A stretch of 29,438 nt of DNA from a virus (taxonomy: Duplodnaviria > Caudoviricetes). The position numbers were made by a program, and so were the translations under genes. Shown in pieces: positions 25,215 through 29,438 of the stretch; the first letter of the stretch is position 1; each line of letters starts with the position of its first letter. The stretch spans positions 1-29,438 of the IMG/VR virus record IMGVR_UViG_3300032218_002577; one strand, given 5' to 3'. The notes under the pieces were generated by a model. The model had not been told where the DNA came from. It saw only the letters and a list, made by a program, of their open reading frames with translations, and made no database searches.

Positions 25215-25453
25215 CGTTTATTCCAGGGCACTACAGCACGGGCGTACCGATCAATCACCAGCCACTCATGCCTTCTGCGCCGACGAGCCACAGAGTCGGC
25301 ACCTGGGAGCGGATCGAAGTGATGAGACTGCGGGCCGAAGCGGGCGAAGAGCTTTGGCACCCGGACGACGAGCGGAATTTTGCCGATCCGGCTCAACACG
25401 CAGCGATGAAAATTGAGATTAATCGATTGTTTAGGCGCAAAAGGGGCGGTTGA
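25211..25453 (+). CDS. Conserved hypothetical protein
   Basis: PT...GT.ERIEVMRLRAEAGEELWHPDD motif, which I recall from planctomycete proteins (unverified). Confidence 0.65.
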   Translation: MTFIPGHYSTGVPINHQPLMPSAPTSHRVGTWERIEVMRLRAEAGEELWHPDDERNFADPAQHAAMKIEINRLFRRKRGG

Positions 25454-25506
25454 CTTTTTAGCCAGTCTGTGCGTCAATGATGCGACCTAATTAGGAGGGT
25501 TGCATT

Positions 25507-25695
25507 GTGAAACTAGATGGACTTTTGAAATCGAAGCGGTTTTGGCTTTCGGCGGCAGCAGTTGCGGCCATTCTTTTGCAGGACCGAACCGGATTGTCGG
25601 CGGACCAAATCACCAACGTTGTTTTGGCCATTGGGGCTTGGGTTGTTGGCGACTCACTGAGGCCAGTCGATCCGAAGCCGGAGGTGGTCAAGTGA
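25507..25695 (+). CDS. Holin-like two-TM protein
   Basis: AGGAGG RBS; LLKSKRFW followed by two hydrophobic segments and VGDSLR. Confidence 0.6.
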   Translation: MKLDGLLKSKRFWLSAAAVAAILLQDRTGLSADQITNVVLAIGAWVVGDSLRPVDPKPEVVK

Positions 25696-25991
25696 GCCGA
25701 TTGAAACTATCAGACCGACTCGCAGCACGCCGAGCAGCCAGGGAAATTTGGATCGCCAGCAAAACCGACGCCGAAGTTGCCAAGCTAGTCAAGCAAGCGG
25801 TCGAAGGCGACGAGGACGCGCAGCGGTTGCTTTTTGCAACCCACCCAGAAATGCCGATGGGCATTGACCCGGCTACGTTGTTTTTGCTCATCGAGATCGC
25901 GTTGAAACTTTGGATTTGGTGGCAGCAAAACAAGGTCGAAAAGCCATCGGAATTGGTCGATTCTAGCGAACCTTTTGACGACGACGAATAA
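25692..25991 (+). CDS. Hypothetical protein with one hydrophobic helix
   Basis: GTGA overlap, GGAGG RBS; GIDPATLFLLIEIALKLW. Confidence 0.6.
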   Translation: MSRLKLSDRLAARRAAREIWIASKTDAEVAKLVKQAVEGDEDAQRLLFATHPEMPMGIDPATLFLLIEIALKLWIWWQQNKVEKPSELVDSSEPFDDDE

Positions 25992-26060
25992 CCCCTCGCC
26001 AACCCGAACTTTTCCGACTGCCCTTAGCTTCGGTGAGTTGGCAGGGGATTGAATGGAGTG

Positions 26061-26441
26061 ATGATGGCCGAAAAGCAAGATAACTCGAACCTAGTGACGC
26101 TGATACTTGTCGGCGCGGCCATCTGGTTTGTTTCGACGCTCAAACCAAGGGAAGGGGGTGATTCATCTACTGGGGTAACGGCAGTTGTAAAATCGACGAT
26201 GCCGAATATCCGCGAAGCATACAGGTCGGCGTTCCTTGAGGCGGCAAAACGCATCGAGGACGGCACGATTAAAGACCAAGAAGGCTGGACGGCATTTATC
26301 AAAGCCAATGCTGGAGCTAAGCAGCGCGAGGCATTGGACGCGGTTTATCAGGCCATCGATAAGCTTGACCTGCCTGCGTCGTTTGTGGGTAAGGAAAAAG
26401 AGATCGCGAAGATCAATCGGGATATTGGAGGTGCGTGGTGA
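26061..26441 (+). CDS. Membrane-anchored helical protein
   Basis: N-terminal LVTLILVGAAIWFV then helical soluble domain. Confidence 0.7.
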   Translation: MMAEKQDNSNLVTLILVGAAIWFVSTLKPREGGDSSTGVTAVVKSTMPNIREAYRSAFLEAAKRIEDGTIKDQEGWTAFIKANAGAKQREALDAVYQAIDKLDLPASFVGKEKEIAKINRDIGGAW

Positions 26442-26662
26442 TGCACGGACGTTTAGACCACACGCGAATCAACATCGACGTAAACCGAAATCAAACCGAC
26501 CTCGACCAAGATCCTCGCGGCGACGGGCTATTCTCGTCACAGCAAAAGCCGTGGGCGATCCGTCGAGGAATAGGGCGGGTGATTGTCGGTTGCCTAGCCT
26601 GGGGTGTTTCGGTGTTAACGCTTGGGATCTTTATCGCGGAGAGGCTTTTTGATGCCGATTGA
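26441..26662 (+). CDS. Small protein with C-terminal TM helix
   Basis: GGAGG RBS; VIVGCLAWGVSVLTLGIFIA; overlaps both neighbours. Confidence 0.5.
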   Translation: MHGRLDHTRINIDVNRNQTDLDQDPRGDGLFSSQQKPWAIRRGIGRVIVGCLAWGVSVLTLGIFIAERLFDAD

Positions 26663-27479
26663 TTCCGTTTGGACGGGTTACAATCCAGAGCTTGAGGATC
26701 GGCTGTTTTTACAATCCGGTTCTTACGCTTTGCCCTTCACGCTTAGAGACTACCAAGTCCCAAGCGAGATCGATCCTCGAGCGTTTATCCGCCATGACGA
26801 CCAGGGGAACATGGGAAGCTGCGGCGGGCACGGGAACACGAATACCGCCGAGTATGTTTGGGCACTGGCTTACGGCTCATTTTCAAATGACCGGCAATTC
26901 TCGCGGCTTTTTGCCTACCTCGAAGCTCAGCGATTCGACCGACTATTAGGTCGCGACTCAGGATCTACGATCAGTGGCGGGTTGAAGGTAGCCAAGGAAG
27001 TTGGCTATCTGCCTGAGTCTGAATTGCCTTACCGCACTCCCTACCCGGCGAATGCATCGACACTAATTACCGATGCGATGCGGGCCAAGGCAAGCCCGTA
27101 CAAGATCCGTTCACATACTTGGCTCACGTCTTACGACGAGCTTTTTAAATACTTGTCCAGCGGGGCCGGTGCGGCGTTCGCTGGCACGCTTTGGAATAAT
27201 AGCTTCTACGCAAGTAGCGGCATCTTGGAGAAAGTCTCGCTCAATGGCGGCGGCGGACATGCTTATTGCTTCGCTGGATACTCGACGCGAAAAGACTCGT
27301 CAGGGCGGAACTATATCTGGAGGAAGAATAGCCACAGCAACGACAATTGGACCGAGGTTTCGCCCAAGGTGCTCGATCAGCTGTTCAGGCACAACTACAC
27401 ATCGATTGTTGGGATGAGCGATCTAGCTATTCCAGGGCCGCGCAAGATTTCTTGGATGAAGGATAGGCCATTGGAATGA
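26652..27479 (+). CDS. Papain-like (clan CA, C1-type) cysteine peptidase
   Basis: DQGNMGSC (oxyanion Gln, catalytic Cys), FSRLFAY, DSGSTI..G, GGHAYCFAGY (His), KNSH (Asn). Confidence 0.85.
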   Translation: MPIDSVWTGYNPELEDRLFLQSGSYALPFTLRDYQVPSEIDPRAFIRHDDQGNMGSCGGHGNTNTAEYVWALAYGSFSNDRQFSRLFAYLEAQRFDRLLGRDSGSTISGGLKVAKEVGYLPESELPYRTPYPANASTLITDAMRAKASPYKIRSHTWLTSYDELFKYLSSGAGAAFAGTLWNNSFYASSGILEKVSLNGGGGHAYCFAGYSTRKDSSGRNYIWRKNSHSNDNWTEVSPKVLDQLFRHNYTSIVGMSDLAIPGPRKISWMKDRPLE

Positions 27480-27931
27480 ATGAAAGGTCTTTAGGTATGG
27501 CTTTACTTGTTATCGCTGGATTGTTTTGGTGGATGGCTCCGGCAGTCAAGCATAATCCTACGCAATGCGATATTACACCAGATTCATCGGCGTTGATCGA
27601 GGAATTGGCAACCGTCCAAAAATCCTGGATAGTTCAGCCGGATCATATTCCTGACGGCACGAAAATGATTGAACCACAGCCAAGCCCAAGCGACAAGCCA
27701 CACGAAAAGCAAAAACGTGAGTTGCTCATTTTCGTCTCCAAGAACTGCCCGCCATGCGAAAGATGGAAGCGTTGCGAAATGCAAAAGTTCATGGATTCAG
27801 GGTGGACGGTGGGAATTGTCGAGGTTCATTCCTACGGACTTACGCCGACTTTTGAGATCGAAGCAAACGGCAAGAATCAGACGCTAAAAGGCTATGCGTC
27901 GTTTGAACAGATCGTGGAGGCGATGCGATGA
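27476..27931 (+). CDS. Membrane-anchored/exported thioredoxin-fold protein (CPPC)
   Basis: N-terminal hydrophobic segment, Pro-rich linker, LLIFVSKNCPPCERWK, cis-Pro motif TPTF, LKGY. Confidence 0.8.
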   Translation: MNERSLGMALLVIAGLFWWMAPAVKHNPTQCDITPDSSALIEELATVQKSWIVQPDHIPDGTKMIEPQPSPSDKPHEKQKRELLIFVSKNCPPCERWKRCEMQKFMDSGWTVGIVEVHSYGLTPTFEIEANGKNQTLKGYASFEQIVEAMR

Positions 27932-28146
27932 TGTTTCTATTGGCTCAGATGACAAGCAACGACACGACCGTCATAGCAGTCGGAACAGCGATTTGCGGCG
28001 GGCTTACTTCTGCTGTGATTTTTTTGTTCAAGCTTTTTGTCGACGACCGGAAAGAATGCAAGGAAGACAAAAAAGCCCTTTGGATTGAGGTATCGGCATT
28101 ACACGCCAAGGTGGCCACGCTACTGGAGGGCAAGAAGCATGAGTAA
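27928..28146 (+). CDS. Small TM + coiled-coil protein (lysis accessory-like)
   Basis: TM VIAVGTAICGGLTSAVIFLFKLF followed by ECKEDKKALW coiled coil. Confidence 0.6.
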   Translation: MMFLLAQMTSNDTTVIAVGTAICGGLTSAVIFLFKLFVDDRKECKEDKKALWIEVSALHAKVATLLEGKKHE

Positions 28147-28582
28147 CGCACTAATCGACGAGCTTTCCAAGCCTGAATACTCAAGCCTGAGCGACCAAGC
28201 GGCGGCGGATAGGATCAATGCCAAGACTGTGACGATTCGCAAAGCCGTTGACCTTTGGATGGTCGAGGAACATGCAAGTCGAAAAGGTTATCGAGCAAAG
28301 CTAGAACGGGCATCGAAAACAGAGGGGCATCCCTGCCAGGAAGTCGCGTTGAATATCCTGGCCTACATCAATTCAGCGCGGCTCAATACTGTGGACATGG
28401 ACCTAGCGGACACTCAGCTAATGATTGGGGCTATGGTCCAGTGCCAATTCGCTACGCAAGCGATGGCTAACGAATTGCTAGCCCTAGCTAATCAAACAAT
28501 CAGTTGGACTGAATCGGTAGGCTTGTCGACCGCAACGCCTGGAGCGGTCAGAGTCGCTAGAGAATACATGGGAACGAGGTAA
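28139..28582 (+). CDS. Hypothetical protein
   Basis: GGAGG RBS; SDQAAADRINAKT...SW.ESVGL. Confidence 0.7.
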   Translation: MSNALIDELSKPEYSSLSDQAAADRINAKTVTIRKAVDLWMVEEHASRKGYRAKLERASKTEGHPCQEVALNILAYINSARLNTVDMDLADTQLMIGAMVQCQFATQAMANELLALANQTISWTESVGLSTATPGAVRVAREYMGTR

Positions 28583-29184
28583 TGGCAACAGTAACAAAAA
28601 CATCTCCAACATTTACGCAGATTTACGCTCCCGCGATCCTTTCCGACTCATCGCTTGGGACGTTGCAGACCTTGGATTTAACTACCAAGATCGGAGCAAC
28701 GCTGCTTGTATTTATTGGTCGCAGGGCATCGACCACGCCAACAAGGGCGGGCTATGTTGCGATCCGAAATAGCAACAACAATGCAGTAGTTTTTCCTTCT
28801 CAAGTCTTTGACGTTGTTGGCCAAGGTCCAACTACAGCAGCAGCAGCAACAACGCTCTCGGCCAACGCTTCGAGCGGTGCTAGCACGATCTCGATCACAA
28901 GCGCGACAGGCTTCGCGGTAGGCGATACGATTTGCCTGTCCGAGTCTGGAGGGGCTAGATTGCAGTTTGCGAGGGTTGCGGGTCTAAGCGGAACCACACT
29001 CACACTCGAAAGAAACCTTCGGGCGGCAAGCAACAGCGGGGACACCGTTTCAAACCTCGCGGACGCTAGGCGGATCTACATTCCTGGCGGCGATGTTTAC
29101 GAAATCCGAACAGTGAATTTTAGCGGATTGGCTTTAGTTTTTGAAGTCGAGGCGATCATCGACAACGGAGAGACGATTACTTAA
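28582..29184 (+). CDS. Thr/Ser/Ala-rich beta protein, probable virion appendage component
   Basis: TTLSANASSGASTISITSATGFAVGDTI...GTTLTL module common in virion proteins. Confidence 0.6.
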   Translation: MATVTKTSPTFTQIYAPAILSDSSLGTLQTLDLTTKIGATLLVFIGRRASTTPTRAGYVAIRNSNNNAVVFPSQVFDVVGQGPTTAAAATTLSANASSGASTISITSATGFAVGDTICLSESGGARLQFARVAGLSGTTLTLERNLRAASNSGDTVSNLADARRIYIPGGDVYEIRTVNFSGLALVFEVEAIIDNGETIT

Positions 29185-29438
29185 TGTTTGCCTACTACCC
29201 GCCGGAATGGGAAAGTCTGCAAAACCGAATTGTCGGTCGGTGGTGTCCGTCTTTTACTGGTGCTACCGGCTTGCAGCTGCCGGACACGATGGGCCGGAAT
29301 CATGGCGTGTTGACGAACATGGACCGCAATACGGCGTGGGTTAGTTCAGAACAAAAAACATCTTTGCTTACGGCCAATGGTGGATACATAAGGGCAAGCA
29401 GGCCGCGAGGCTTTTTGCTTAGTGATTTTACAATTTGC
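29184..29438 (+). CDS. LamG/concanavalin A-like domain protein (3'-truncated)
   Basis: TAATG coupling; open to the window end: IVGRWCPSFTGATG..LPDTMGRNHGVLTNM...W...DFTIC. Confidence 0.65.
   Translation, partial: MFAYYPPEWESLQNRIVGRWCPSFTGATGLQLPDTMGRNHGVLTNMDRNTAWVSSEQKTSLLTANGGYIRASRPRGFLLSDFTIC

Noticed and set aside
25450-25481. Late promoter starting TTGACT
   Set aside because: No convincing -10 hexamer at 16-18 nt spacing.
1-29438. Minus-strand ORFs in the track (e.g. 24854..25477, 11915..12421, 22397..22861)
   Set aside because: They overlap well-supported + strand genes or structured intergenic regions, lack motifs and look like shadow ORFs.

Overview
This window is about 29 kb of a tailed dsDNA phage genome (siphovirus-type morphogenesis), and essentially all credible genes are on the + strand. 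The order is: 3' part of an HK97-fold major capsid gene with a terminator; a Thr-rich probable decoration protein; a GT-A glycosyltransferase; head-tail joining genes; tail tube; tail chaperone with a -1 frameshift; tape measure; a non-canonical tail-tip block ending in a very Cys-rich protein translationally coupled to an Erv/ALR-like sulfhydryl oxidase; a metallophosphoesterase and an HExxH protein. A sigma70-like promoter then precedes small early genes, a RecE/RecT-like pair, a structured intergenic region with two tRNA-like elements, a thermonuclease, a helicase-DNA methyltransferase fusion, a replication initiator with iterons, a DUF3310 protein and a RuvC-like resolvase. The late block holds membrane proteins, a papain-like peptidase, a membrane-anchored thioredoxin and further virion-like genes. 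A Planctomycetota host is inferred only from recalled protein motifs. The best candidate for an undescribed system is a phage-encoded thiol/disulfide machinery: an Erv-like oxidase for a disulfide-rich tail protein, and a thioredoxin plus cysteine protease in the apparent lysis cassette. All family calls are from motif recognition by eye; no searches were run.
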